Positions 21,511 through 31,720 of a stretch of DNA of 62,153 nt are shown here, piece after piece. The position numbers and the translations under genes are program-made. This stretch comes from Candidatus Nanopelagicales bacterium (GTDB lineage: Bacteria; Actinomycetota; Actinomycetes; S36-B12; UBA5976): contig JBMSMQ010000003.1 of assembly GCA_049421205.1 (NCBI GenBank), positions 1-62,153 of the forward strand, given 5' to 3'. Under the pieces are notes generated by a model. That model searched no databases and was not told where the DNA came from. It saw only the letters and a list, made by a program, of their open reading frames with translations. Each line of letters opens with the position of its first letter. The stretch's first letter is position 1.

Positions 21511-21537
21511 ACACCGATAAAAACGAATAATCGGCGT
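21511..21537 (-). terminator. Hairpin directly after the panB stop codon
   Basis: Minus-strand ACGCCGAT...ATCGGTGT, 8 bp with one G-U; no clean U tail. Confidence 0.4.
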
Positions 21538-22364
21538 TATTTTTTATCCCGATACGAATGAAATTCGTCAGGATAGATTCTTTGTTGAACATCGTGTGCC
21601 CAACGTTCGACACCAGATTTCATCAGTTCATAGAGATCAAGATACGGTTTTACGAATTTTGCAGGTGTTTCATTTGATGCGCCAAAAAGGTCTTGCCACA
21701 CCAAAACTTGTGCATCTGTTTGATTCCCAGCACCTATTCCAATGACGGGAATCGTTAGTAATTCGGTGATGCGTTTGCCTAATTCAAGAGGGACTACTTC
21801 TACTACCAGTGCAAATGCGCCGGCTTCTTCCACTGCAATTGCATCGCGCATAACCTGTTCTGCAGCATCACCACGTCCCTGTACCTTGTAACCGCCAAGA
21901 GCGTTGACTGATTGTGGTGTCAATCCAACATGACCAACGACAGGAATCCCAGATTCAACGATATGGCGAATTTGCTCTTGCATTCTGGTCCCACCTTCAA
22001 GCTTCACGGCATGTGCGCCTGTCTGTTTCACAATCTGCAATGAGGTTGCAAGTGCCTGATCGGGATTTTCTTGGTAGCTTCCAAATGGTAGGTCTGCAAC
22101 AACGAAAGCACGTGTTGTTGCCCGTACGACAGCGCGAATCATTGGAATCATTTCTTCAGGTGTAATAGCGAGAGTGTTGCTTTGTCCAAGCATCACCATC
22201 GCAGCCGAATCTCCAACTAAGAGCATAGGAATCCCTGCATCGTCAAAAATTTTCGCGGTCCAAGAATCGTACGCAGTTAACACTGGCCACGGTTGTTGCT
22301 GAGATTTAGAGAAATCCGATACGGTAAGACGAGCGAGATTGCTCTCGGCAGGATACAGCGACAT
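21537..22364 (-). CDS. panB: 3-methyl-2-oxobutanoate hydroxymethyltransferase
   Basis: LTAYD, LLVGDSAA, ADLPFGSY, VKLEGG, GHVGLTPQS; ATG 22364 after SD GAAGGAG. Confidence 0.97.
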   Translation of the reverse strand: MSLYPAESNLARLTVSDFSKSQQQPWPVLTAYDSWTAKIFDDAGIPMLLVGDSAAMVMLGQSNTLAITPEEMIPMIRAVVRATTRAFVVADLPFGSYQENPDQALATSLQIVKQTGAHAVKLEGGTRMQEQIRHIVESGIPVVGHVGLTPQSVNALGGYKVQGRGDAAEQVMRDAIAVEEAGAFALVVEVVPLELGKRITELLTIPVIGIGAGNQTDAQVLVWQDLFGASNETPAKFVKPYLDLYELMKSGVERWAHDVQQRIYPDEFHSYRDKK

Positions 22365-22438
22365 AAGTACTCCTTCTCGAGTCCCATTGGGTACCCGGAC
22401 AGGCATAGTCTTGCAGTGGAAGGCGAATTCCCAAAACG

Positions 22439-24133
22439 CTAGATGTCGCGCCAGTGGCTAGTGATGGGTAGTCGTCGATCTCGCCCAAATGCACGGGATG
22501 AAATCTTGGTTCCAGGAGGATATTGGCGACGCTTATATTCCGCTCGATCCACCAGATGCAATACTCGTTGCACCACAGTTCTGTCAAACTGATGAGCGAG
22601 TAGTTCTTCTTCGACATCCTCTTCTACATAGGCTCGTAAAATCGCATCAAGTAGTGGATAGTCAGGCAACGAGTCGGTGTCTTTCTGTCCATCACGAAGT
22701 TCAGCACTCGGAGGTTTTTTAATTGAACTTTCAGGAATCGGTGCTGCTTGACCTGCACGAATAGCGATTTCATTTCGGTACTCGGCAAGTTGCCACACCA
22801 TTGTTTTTGGAATGTCTTTGATTGGGGCAAACCCGCCAACGGCATCACCATAAATAGTTGAATATCCAACAGCGAGCTCACTTTTGTTTCCAGTTGCAAG
22901 AACGAGGTGACCGGCTTTATTTGAAAGCGACATCAAGACCATTCCTCTAACACGGGCCTGAATGTTTTCATAAGCAATCCCATTGAGCGTCAATGCTTTT
23001 TCAAATTGATCAACCATTGGCTGAATATTGACTACTTCGAATGAGCTACCGAGATTCTGCATCAACTGCCAAGCATCATCCTTTGAATGTTGACTTGAAA
23101 ACTTTGATGGCATAGAAATGCCGTACACCTGTTCTGGGGAAAGTGCATCAACAGCGAGTGTTGCAACAAGGGCTGAATCAATGCCACCTGATACCCCGAG
23201 TAACACGCTTGAAAATCCATTTTTCAGAACGTAATCTCGAAGACTTAACACCAACGCCTGATACACAGTTTCAAGCGAAGTAGGGGTTGGTGACACGTGA
23301 GCAGCAACCGGGCGATAGGGCTGTGCTGGCCATGAGGAAATAACTGAAAGATATTCAGGAATGTCTTGGGATACTACGGCGGCTTTCAAATCGAGGTCGA
23401 CAATCATGATTCCAGTTTGAAATTGTGGGGCACGTGCGATTAATTCCCCTGTTTCATTAATGACAAAAGATCCACCATCAAAAACGAGTTCATCTTGCCC
23501 ACCTACCAAATTCACGTAGGCAACTGAAGCATTCAATCGGGCAGCCTGTTTGTGTGCTAACTCATAGCGGACATCGGTTTTTGAGATTTCAAATGGTGAA
23601 CCGTTTGCAACGAGGAGGAGGCCAACATTCGCATCCGCATATGTGCTAAGTGGAGCAGCGTCTTGCCAAATATCTTCACAAATTGCGAGTGCAATATCGA
23701 TACCGCCAACCCGAATAACGACAGGGTTTTTACCTGCAGTGAAATTTCGATGCTCATCGAATACGCCGTAATTTGGCAATTGGTGTTTGTCGTATCGAAC
23801 CTGGATTTTCGATTGGTGCAGAACCGAAAGCGAATTGAGTGGCCGATATCCACTAGCCGAAAGGTGTCCGATAACGACCACGAGGTCAGAAAGCCCCACA
23901 TCATTCAACGCAGACGAAAGTTGTTCTAGAACATCTTCACTTGCTTGTTGAAACGCAGGTCTGTTCACGAGATCCTCGACTGGATAACCGGTGAGCACCA
24001 TCTCAGGAAATGCAATGATGTGGGCACCGCCGCTTGCTGCTTGCTTGCAGGCATCAAGTGCGAGAACGAGATTGCCGTCGAGGTCACCCACGGTGGGGTT
24101 AATCTGGGCGAGGGCTAGCCGAAGTTGAGGCAT
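22439..24133 (-). CDS. nadE: Glutamine-dependent NAD+ synthetase
   Basis: Nitrilase domain (FPEM, K, ICEDIW) plus SGGIDS, ENIQAR, NKSE, PPSAELR; start MPQLRLALAQ. Confidence 0.96.
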   Translation of the reverse strand: MPQLRLALAQINPTVGDLDGNLVLALDACKQAASGGAHIIAFPEMVLTGYPVEDLVNRPAFQQASEDVLEQLSSALNDVGLSDLVVVIGHLSASGYRPLNSLSVLHQSKIQVRYDKHQLPNYGVFDEHRNFTAGKNPVVIRVGGIDIALAICEDIWQDAAPLSTYADANVGLLLVANGSPFEISKTDVRYELAHKQAARLNASVAYVNLVGGQDELVFDGGSFVINETGELIARAPQFQTGIMIVDLDLKAAVVSQDIPEYLSVISSWPAQPYRPVAAHVSPTPTSLETVYQALVLSLRDYVLKNGFSSVLLGVSGGIDSALVATLAVDALSPEQVYGISMPSKFSSQHSKDDAWQLMQNLGSSFEVVNIQPMVDQFEKALTLNGIAYENIQARVRGMVLMSLSNKAGHLVLATGNKSELAVGYSTIYGDAVGGFAPIKDIPKTMVWQLAEYRNEIAIRAGQAAPIPESSIKKPPSAELRDGQKDTDSLPDYPLLDAILRAYVEEDVEEELLAHQFDRTVVQRVLHLVDRAEYKRRQYPPGTKISSRAFGRDRRLPITSHWRDI

Positions 24134-24196
24134 ACTCCAAGCGTAGCGGTCTGACTTGACACATATTTGTAACATTCGAGGAGCACACTTCCGCCT

Positions 24197-25534
24197 ATGG
24201 ACAAACAAACCGAATTTGTATTACGAACCATTGAAGAGCGTGACATTCGCTTCATTCGTCTCTGGTTCACAGATGTGTTGGGAACATTGAAATCGGTTGC
24301 AATTGCACCAGCCGAACTTGAGGGTGCATTCGACGAAGGAATTGGATTTGATGGCTCAGCAATCGAAGGGTTTGCGCGTGTACATGAGTCCGACATGTTG
24401 GCAAAACCTGATCCTTCGACATTCCAAGTGTTGCCATGGAGAGGTGAGGTCAATTCTGTAGCTCGAATGTTTTGCGACATTCATATGCCAGACGGGTCAA
24501 ACTCGAACGCAGATCCTCGGTATGTTCTGAAGCGAGCATTGTCCAAAGCTGCTGACTTAGGCTTCACTTTCTACACACATCCTGAGATTGAATTTTTCCT
24601 TTTCAAAGAATTACCTCCTGCGGGTAAAGAACCAGAACCCATCGATTCTGTTGGTTATTTTGATCATTCACCAAGTGGCAAAGGACATGATTTTCGGCGA
24701 TCTGCGATCACAATGCTTGAAGCAATGGGAATCAGTGTTGAATTTTCACATCATGAAGGTGCACCTGGACAGCAGGAAATAGATTTACGCTATGCAGACG
24801 CGCTAACAACTGCCGACAACATCATGACATTTAGAACTGTCGTCAAAGAAGTTGCATTACAGCAAGGGCTGTACGCATCATTTATGCCAAAACCATTTGC
24901 ACAATATCCAGGATCAGGCATGCACACGCATATGTCTCTCTTTGAAGGTGACAAGAATGCATTTTATGAACCAGGGGCAGCATTTCAGCTGAGCAAAGTT
25001 GGCAAATCTTTTGTGGCAGGAATTCTTCATCACGCAGGTGAAATAACTGCTGTGTTGAATCAGTGGGTGAACTCATATAAACGTCTCGCTGGCGGAGGTG
25101 AAGCCCCTGCGCATGTGTGCTGGGGGCACAACAACCGTTCAGCACTCATTCGTGTGCCGATGTATAAGCCTGGAAAAGGTAATAGCTCGCGAATCGAAAT
25201 CAGATCCCTCGATAGCGCAACAAACCCCTACTTGGCTTTTGCAGTGTTGTTGTCTGCTGGATTGAAAGGTATTGAGAATGACTACCCATTGCCAGCTGAA
25301 GCTGAGGACAATGTGTGGTCACTGACGGATGTTGAAAGGACTGCACTCGGCATTCGGCCACTACCTACAAGTCTCAGTTCAGCAATTTCTGCGATGGAAG
25401 AATCGGAACTCGTCGCAGAAACTCTTGGAGAACATGTTTTTGACTTCTTTTTGAGAAATAAGCGAGCTGAGTGGGATGAATATCGTAAGCAAGTAACGCC
25501 GCATGAGTTATCCAAACACCTGCCGATTCTGTAA
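24197..25534 (+). CDS. glnA2: Glutamine synthetase family protein, GlnA2 type
   Basis: IRFIRLWFTDVLG, GFDGSAIEG, HHEGAPGQQE, GSGMH, NRSALIR; precedes glnE. Confidence 0.93.
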   Translation: MDKQTEFVLRTIEERDIRFIRLWFTDVLGTLKSVAIAPAELEGAFDEGIGFDGSAIEGFARVHESDMLAKPDPSTFQVLPWRGEVNSVARMFCDIHMPDGSNSNADPRYVLKRALSKAADLGFTFYTHPEIEFFLFKELPPAGKEPEPIDSVGYFDHSPSGKGHDFRRSAITMLEAMGISVEFSHHEGAPGQQEIDLRYADALTTADNIMTFRTVVKEVALQQGLYASFMPKPFAQYPGSGMHTHMSLFEGDKNAFYEPGAAFQLSKVGKSFVAGILHHAGEITAVLNQWVNSYKRLAGGGEAPAHVCWGHNNRSALIRVPMYKPGKGNSSRIEIRSLDSATNPYLAFAVLLSAGLKGIENDYPLPAEAEDNVWSLTDVERTALGIRPLPTSLSSAISAMEESELVAETLGEHVFDFFLRNKRAEWDEYRKQVTPHELSKHLPIL

Positions 25535-25543
25535 TCAATCGTC

Positions 25544-28483
25544 GTGAGTAATGACCATAGGGATGTAGGCGCACTTCGCTCAACCCTGATTTCACTTGGG
25601 GCAATTGATGTGGATAGTTGCATCACACATTTGGAATCTATATCGGACCATCTTGAGGTCGCAGAGTTAGTGGGTGAGCTAGCACTTGCCGCCGATGTTG
25701 ACCTAGTTCTCGCTCAGACTGAGAAACTACTAGAAAACCCATTACCAGGAACTGTCGAGATGTTGAACTTGCCCCTTGCTCGGCATCGATGGATTCAACT
25801 CACATCAGCAAGTAGAGCACTTTCAAGTTTCTGCATTCGCCATCCAGAACTATCTCTTAGATTATTTTCTGAGCAAACCTTCACTTGGGACTTTCAATCT
25901 GCAATGACTGATGCGTTGAAAGGCGCTAACCCGAATGATGAAGAATTCCAGGAATGCGTGAGAAGACTTCGTCTTCAATATCGCCTTGAAGTTCTAAAAA
26001 TCGCGATTGCAGATGTTGCCGATGCAGCAAGTTTCGAAACTACAGCACTCAGGTTAAGCGAGTTGGCCGATGCCACACTTGAAGCCGCACTTCTTCTTGC
26101 CACACGAGTAAGTAATCCAGTCAATGTAACTCGTATGGCAGTAATCGCTATGGGGAAAACCGGAGGGCGAGAATTGAACTATGTGAGCGACGTTGATCTT
26201 TTATTTGTGATAGATGATTCAGAAGCTGAGAAACAAGAGACGTGTTTGCAGGAGGCGACTCGAATAGCTCAAATGATGATGCAAATAATTTCGTCGCCAC
26301 AAATTGAGCAGCCTCTCTGGCACATCGATGCAAATCTTCGTCCCGAAGGAAAAGATGGTGCGCTCGTTCGAACGTTATCGAGTTACAAAACGTATTATGA
26401 GCGTTGGGCTGAAACGTGGGAGTTTCAAGCACTGATGAAAGCTAGAACGATGGCAGGCGATCAAACGGTGGGGGAGGCTTTCGTCAAAATCGTAGAGCCG
26501 TTGATCTGGAAAGTTGCTGAGCGAGAGAATTTTGTTAGCGATATTCAAGAAATGCGAAAGCGCGTCATTGCAAATATTCCTTCGCATGAGGCTGAGCGTG
26601 AATTGAAACTCGGTGTAGGGGGACTTCGTGATATCGAATTCGCTATCCAGTTACTGCAACTCGTGCATGGAAAAACCGATGAGGCTATTCGAAGTTCCAA
26701 TACTTTGATTGCATTGGATTCTCTGATGACCTGGGGGTATGTGGGGCGAGACGATGCCGAAATTTTAAAAACGACCTATATTTTCGAACGACAAATTGAG
26801 CACCGAATTCAAATGTTTGATATGACTCGCACCCACTTGCTGCCAAAACTCGATGAAGATCTTCGGCGACTGGGGAAACTTCTCGGTTTCAAGGCAGAGC
26901 CCTTGGAAGGTGTAGTGCAAAGCCTTCATCAACATCGAACCAATGCACGCCGCCTTCATGAAAAACTCTTCTACAAGCCTCTCCTTCAAGCAGTGGCACG
27001 GGTAGATTCGGATGTCGTTCGGATGAGTCTCGAATCCGCTCGGGCTCGGCTCAGAGCACTGGGATATCAGGATGCAGATGCTGCGCTTCGTCATATTCAG
27101 TTTCTCTCCACGGGGCTTTCACGCAGAGCAGTCATCCAGCGAAACCTCTTGCCTGTTGTGCTTGCGTGGATGGCGGAAACGCCAAATCCTGATGGAGGTT
27201 TATTGAGGTTTCGAAACCTTAGCGAAACACTCGGTGAAACCCCGTGGTATTTGAGATTGCTTCGGGATGAATCACTTGTACTCAACCGTTTAGCCGTCAT
27301 TCTTTCGGTTAGCCCGTACATATCATCAATGATTGAAAATAATCCAGAGGCAATGAGTCTTCTGGGATCGGATGATTCGTTGAAGCCAAGTGTTATAGCT
27401 GAATTAGTCCTTGAGATGTGTGAAAGTGGTAAACGTCAAACGAACTTCACTGAAGCACTAGGACTTCTACGAAAGATTCGACAGCGTGAACTTATTCGCA
27501 TTGCGACTGCGGATATGTTTCACCTACTTGACACTATAGAAGTAATGAGCGCTTTAAGTGACCTGACTGACGCTTCGTTGCAGAGTGCACTTACCTTGTA
27601 TCGATATTTTCATCCAAGTGAAGATTTTTCAATCGCCATAGTAGGACTTGGTCGTTACGGCGGTAAGGAAATGTCCTACGGTAGTGACGCAGACATAATG
27701 GTGATATTTGACGCGAAACAGGTTACGGAAAGTGCAACATCGTATGTCACAGATTTCGTCTCTTGTATGCAACGAGACTTATCGGCACCACTTGCAAGCC
27801 CAACACTTCAAGTTGATCTTGACCTTCGACCAGAAGGTAAAAACGGTCCAATTGCTAGAAGTTTTTCATCGTATAAAGAGTATTACGAGAATTGGTCACT
27901 CACATGGGAAAGCCAAGCACTGCTTCGTGCTCGCTTTGTGGCAGGCGACTCTGTACTTGGTGAGAAGTTCATTGATCTCATTGATGCGCTTCGATATCCG
28001 AAAGATGGACTGTCTCAAGATGCTGCGCGCGAGATTCGAAGTATGAAAGCGCGGGTGGAATCGGAACGTTTACCGCGTGGGATAGATCCAAAAATGCATA
28101 TCAAATTAGGTCCTGGCGGACTATCTGATATCGAATGGCTTGTTCAGTTCGTTCAACTTCACTCTTCGCATCAGAACCCAAACCTCAAAACAACCTCGAC
28201 ACTGCGAGTACTCGATGAACTGACTAATGCAATCGGGCTTTCGTCATCAGAAATAGACGATTGCAAAGCTGCCTGGATATTCGCATCCAAACTCAGAAAT
28301 TATCTTCATCTCGTGGATGGAAAGGTGAAAGATGTCGTTTCCACCCATCCACAGGTACGTTCATTGCTGGGATACCTGTTAGGGGAGCAAAGGCCGTCAG
28401 ATGTGCTTGAAACGTGGTTGCGCCTCTCACGCAGATCTCGCAAGATTTTCAAACACGTGGTCTATGAATCTCCGATACCCTAA
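25544..28483 (+). CDS. glnE: Bifunctional glutamine synthetase adenylyltransferase/deadenylyltransferase
   Basis: Two nucleotidyltransferase domains: GKTGGRELNYVSDVD and GRYGGKEMSYGSDAD; LRPEG twice. Confidence 0.96.
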   Translation: MSNDHRDVGALRSTLISLGAIDVDSCITHLESISDHLEVAELVGELALAADVDLVLAQTEKLLENPLPGTVEMLNLPLARHRWIQLTSASRALSSFCIRHPELSLRLFSEQTFTWDFQSAMTDALKGANPNDEEFQECVRRLRLQYRLEVLKIAIADVADAASFETTALRLSELADATLEAALLLATRVSNPVNVTRMAVIAMGKTGGRELNYVSDVDLLFVIDDSEAEKQETCLQEATRIAQMMMQIISSPQIEQPLWHIDANLRPEGKDGALVRTLSSYKTYYERWAETWEFQALMKARTMAGDQTVGEAFVKIVEPLIWKVAERENFVSDIQEMRKRVIANIPSHEAERELKLGVGGLRDIEFAIQLLQLVHGKTDEAIRSSNTLIALDSLMTWGYVGRDDAEILKTTYIFERQIEHRIQMFDMTRTHLLPKLDEDLRRLGKLLGFKAEPLEGVVQSLHQHRTNARRLHEKLFYKPLLQAVARVDSDVVRMSLESARARLRALGYQDADAALRHIQFLSTGLSRRAVIQRNLLPVVLAWMAETPNPDGGLLRFRNLSETLGETPWYLRLLRDESLVLNRLAVILSVSPYISSMIENNPEAMSLLGSDDSLKPSVIAELVLEMCESGKRQTNFTEALGLLRKIRQRELIRIATADMFHLLDTIEVMSALSDLTDASLQSALTLYRYFHPSEDFSIAIVGLGRYGGKEMSYGSDADIMVIFDAKQVTESATSYVTDFVSCMQRDLSAPLASPTLQVDLDLRPEGKNGPIARSFSSYKEYYENWSLTWESQALLRARFVAGDSVLGEKFIDLIDALRYPKDGLSQDAAREIRSMKARVESERLPRGIDPKMHIKLGPGGLSDIEWLVQFVQLHSSHQNPNLKTTSTLRVLDELTNAIGLSSSEIDDCKAAWIFASKLRNYLHLVDGKVKDVVSTHPQVRSLLGYLLGEQRPSDVLETWLRLSRRSRKIFKHVVYESPIP

Positions 28484-28499
28484 GGGGTATGCTTCAGAT

Positions 28500-28856
28500 A
28501 TGAAAAAATTACTTGCTTCAACTTTGGTCCTTTTCGCACTGCTCAGTGGTTGCAGTGCGGGCGAATCAGAAGATTTGTCGCCACAAAATTCTGCTATTGA
28601 TGTAGTTATTGATGTACGAACGCCGATGGAATACGCAGCTGGCCACGTAGAGGGTGCGCTCAATCTCGATGTTGAAAGTGGGCTTTTTGAATCAAGTCTG
28701 GAATCTCTCGATAAAGAAGTAACTTATCTTGTGTATTGCCGAAGTGGCAGACGATCAGCAATTGCCGCCGATATCATGCGCGAAAAAGGATTCGAGGTAT
28801 TTGACGCAGGTTCGCTTCAGAATATGAGTGATTTAGGGTGGCCAATCGGACAATAG
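28500..28856 (+). CDS. Rhodanese-domain lipoprotein
   Basis: Signal peptide with lipobox LSGC; IDVRTPMEY; YCRSGRRS active-site loop. Confidence 0.88.
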   Translation: MKKLLASTLVLFALLSGCSAGESEDLSPQNSAIDVVIDVRTPMEYAAGHVEGALNLDVESGLFESSLESLDKEVTYLVYCRSGRRSAIAADIMREKGFEVFDAGSLQNMSDLGWPIGQ

Positions 28857-28899
28857 GGATAAAAATCCATGAATTTGGCGATTAGGGTAAGTTGAAGCC

Positions 28900-29451
28900 A
28901 TGGAAATCTTTATCGCTATAGCAATCCTCGTGCTGATAGGCGTTTTTGCTATCGGTCAATTCAACCAACTCGTGCGGCTTAACAACACTGTATCCGAGGC
29001 TTTTGCCCAGATTGAAGTGCAATTGCGTCGTCGCGCAGATCTCATCCCAAACCTTGTTGAAACTGTGAAAGGTTATGCGTCTCATGAGAAAGAAGCTCTC
29101 GAGAAGGTAATGCTTGCACGCTCTGCAAGCACTGCTGCTCAAGGTGTCCAGGATGTTTCAGAAGCAGACGGGATGTTGACCCAAGCACTGAGGGGACTTT
29201 TGGCAGTAAGCGAGGCGTACCCAGATTTGAAAGCCTCTGCTAATTTCATCCAACTTCAAGAAGAACTTGCTGCAACCGAAAACAAGGTGGCTTTTGCCCG
29301 TCAGTATTACAACGACACGGTGAACAAGCTCAATACTGTTGTTGAAGGAATTCCAGGTCGTTTCTTCACTGGCCTTGCCAAAGTGAGTAAGCGGGAGTTT
29401 TATCAAGTGGAAGATCCTGAAGCACGCAATGTCCCAAAGGTACAGTTCTAA
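28900..29451 (+). CDS. lemA: LemA family protein
   Basis: RRADLIPNLVETVKGYA, EAYPDLKA, ENKVAFARQYYN. Confidence 0.95.
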   Translation: MEIFIAIAILVLIGVFAIGQFNQLVRLNNTVSEAFAQIEVQLRRRADLIPNLVETVKGYASHEKEALEKVMLARSASTAAQGVQDVSEADGMLTQALRGLLAVSEAYPDLKASANFIQLQEELAATENKVAFARQYYNDTVNKLNTVVEGIPGRFFTGLAKVSKREFYQVEDPEARNVPKVQF

Positions 29452-29457
29452 GGGCTG

Positions 29458-30366
29458 ATGGCTACTTCATTTCAGGCAATGCAAATTGCCAACCGTCGTA
29501 AAACAGTTCTTTTGATGGCGGTTATGGCAAGTCTTGTTGCGGCACTTATTTGGGTGTTTGCATATCTACTTGGTTACACATCAATCGGTGTTGTTCCAAT
29601 TGCAGTGGGGATCTCACTTGCCGGTACGTGGTGGTCTTATTACGCAAGTGATCGAATTGTTTTGGCAATGACTGGCGCACAAGTGATCAATGAAGATTCT
29701 GCACCTCAACTTTTCAACCTTGTTCATGAAGTCGTCATCGCTTCAGGTTTACCAATGCCAAAAGTTGCAATTGTCCAAGATGAGGCCCCGAATGCATTCG
29801 CAACGGGTCGAGACCCTGAACATGCTGTTATTGCATTCACCACTGGAATCTTGAAAGTAATGGATCGCGAGCAATTGCAGGGTGTTGCAGCACATGAAAT
29901 GGCACACGTGGCAAATCGAGACACCCTGGTGTCAGCAATTGCTGTTACCACTGCTGGTGCCATTGCATTGATGTCAGACTTGCTCTTTCGAATTCTGTGG
30001 TTTGGTGGTGGGCGGAAAGACCGCCACGGTTCAAATCCAATACTTGCCATCGCATCACTTGTGCTGCTCGTACTTGCCCCACTCGCTGCAACGTTGATTC
30101 GCTCTGCAATTTCTCGAAATCGAGAGAGTCTGGCGGATGCCACAGCTGTTCAATTCACAAGAAATCCAGCAGGATTGCGAAGGGCACTAGAAGAACTTGC
30201 CAGGGATAATACGGTAGTTGCACAACGTTCAACAGCAGTTGCACACGTTTGGATTGAATCACCATTGGATTCATCGTTCACAAGCAAATTGTTCGCAACG
30301 CATCCGCCGATTCAGGAACGTATAGAGAAATTACGGCAGATTGAGCAAGGAAGTTACCCCGATTAA
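29458..30366 (+). CDS. htpX: M48-family zinc metalloprotease, HtpX-like
   Basis: PNAFATG, HEMAH, SRNRESLAD, THPPIQERI; follows lemA. Confidence 0.9.
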   Translation: MATSFQAMQIANRRKTVLLMAVMASLVAALIWVFAYLLGYTSIGVVPIAVGISLAGTWWSYYASDRIVLAMTGAQVINEDSAPQLFNLVHEVVIASGLPMPKVAIVQDEAPNAFATGRDPEHAVIAFTTGILKVMDREQLQGVAAHEMAHVANRDTLVSAIAVTTAGAIALMSDLLFRILWFGGGRKDRHGSNPILAIASLVLLVLAPLAATLIRSAISRNRESLADATAVQFTRNPAGLRRALEELARDNTVVAQRSTAVAHVWIESPLDSSFTSKLFATHPPIQERIEKLRQIEQGSYPD

Positions 30367-30401
30367 ACAGGGGCGACAGATACCTATGGCAGACTCTGAG
30401 C

Positions 30402-31250
30402 GTGCCAAAGGTGATGATTGCAACCGACTTGGACGGCACTTTTTTAATGACAGGCTCAAAGTCTGTTCATCCAGAAGTTAAAGAGGCACTTTCCGAAGCG
30501 ATAGATATTGGAATTCCCGTAGTTTTTGCTACTGGTCGATCTCCAATTGATATTCTGCCAATTGCAGAAATGGTGAACCATCATTGGTTTGCGGTATGTA
30601 ATGATGGAGGCACGCTCGTTGACTTAGAAACGAAGATGGTAGAGAAAACTCATCCGATGCATGAAATGACTTTGCATCAGACCGTGAGCATCATCCGTGC
30701 GCAATATCCTGAAGCGAAATTTATGATTGACAGAGTTGCTGAGGGCCCAATCAGCACGAAAGATCACGGCTTAATTTTTGAAAAAGGATTTGAGGCACCT
30801 TGGGCATGGGCGCTTTCTGGTGCTTCTGAAGTTGATGACATTGAATCAGTGTTGAGCGAAGCCAATATAGTAAAGCTTTGCGCATTTATTGACGAACCAG
30901 AGTCACTCGAATTGTTTATGTCATTCAAAGCACTTGTGATGCCATTTGTTCACCCAATACGAGTACATTCAGAAAAATTCTTTGCAGATATGGCGCGTAG
31001 TGGTGTGAATAAATCTTCTGGGGTTGGCGAATTAGCAGCCAGACATGGAGTTGCGCCTGAAAATGTATTTGCAGTTGGAGATTTGCACAATGACTTTGAA
31101 TTACTTGATTGGGCTGGATTTTCTTTTGCAGTGCAAAATGCTCACCCTAATTTGCACGACATTGTGGACATAATTGTGCCAACCAATGATGAGGGTGGAG
31201 TAGCATCAGTAATTCGAGCAGCGATTGCATACGCTCAAGGAGGGGCATAA
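30402..31250 (+). CDS. Cof-type HAD-IIB hydrolase
   Basis: TDLDGT, ATGR, K, GDLHND. Confidence 0.9.
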   Translation: MPKVMIATDLDGTFLMTGSKSVHPEVKEALSEAIDIGIPVVFATGRSPIDILPIAEMVNHHWFAVCNDGGTLVDLETKMVEKTHPMHEMTLHQTVSIIRAQYPEAKFMIDRVAEGPISTKDHGLIFEKGFEAPWAWALSGASEVDDIESVLSEANIVKLCAFIDEPESLELFMSFKALVMPFVHPIRVHSEKFFADMARSGVNKSSGVGELAARHGVAPENVFAVGDLHNDFELLDWAGFSFAVQNAHPNLHDIVDIIVPTNDEGGVASVIRAAIAYAQGGA

Positions 31251-31252
31251 CG

Positions 31253-31720
31253 ATGAATGTTCTTACGCGTGGATTACTTCTTGTCGTACTACAAGTCAGC
31301 CTTATCGTTGCACTACTAGTTCTGCCGCAGGGCCAGGATTGGGAAGTGCCGGGCTGGGTGGAAGTGGTGCTGGGTCTCTTTTCTTTTGTCGGTTTAGTGC
31401 TCGGAGTACTTTTTTATTTTTCATTAGAAGGTGCTCGAAGCGTGCTACCTGCACCAAAGGAAACAGGAAAACTAAAAACAACTGGAGCCTACTCAGTTAT
31501 TCGGCACCCGATTTATAGTTTGATTTTAGTGATAGGTATCTCTGTGGTGATTCAACATCAGTCACTATTGAAAATTGTAATCTGGCTGTTGCTATTGAGT
31601 GTGCTATGGATAAAGGCAAATTTCGAGGAGTCTTTGTTGCGAAAGAAGTTTCCTGAATATTCCAATTATGCACTCAAAGTTGGGAAGTTTGTTCCAAAGC
31701 TAAACGCTTTGCGCAAATGA
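31253..31720 (+). CDS. ICMT/PEMT-family membrane methyltransferase
   Basis: LKTTGAYSVIRHPIY and EESLL...Y; several TM segments. Confidence 0.85.
   Translation: MNVLTRGLLLVVLQVSLIVALLVLPQGQDWEVPGWVEVVLGLFSFVGLVLGVLFYFSLEGARSVLPAPKETGKLKTTGAYSVIRHPIYSLILVIGISVVIQHQSLLKIVIWLLLLSVLWIKANFEESLLRKKFPEYSNYALKVGKFVPKLNALRK

Noticed and set aside
21511-21540. dif site (CCGATAA resembles a XerC arm)
   Set aside because: No TTATGTCAA-like XerD arm after the 6-bp spacer; better explained as the panB 3' hairpin.
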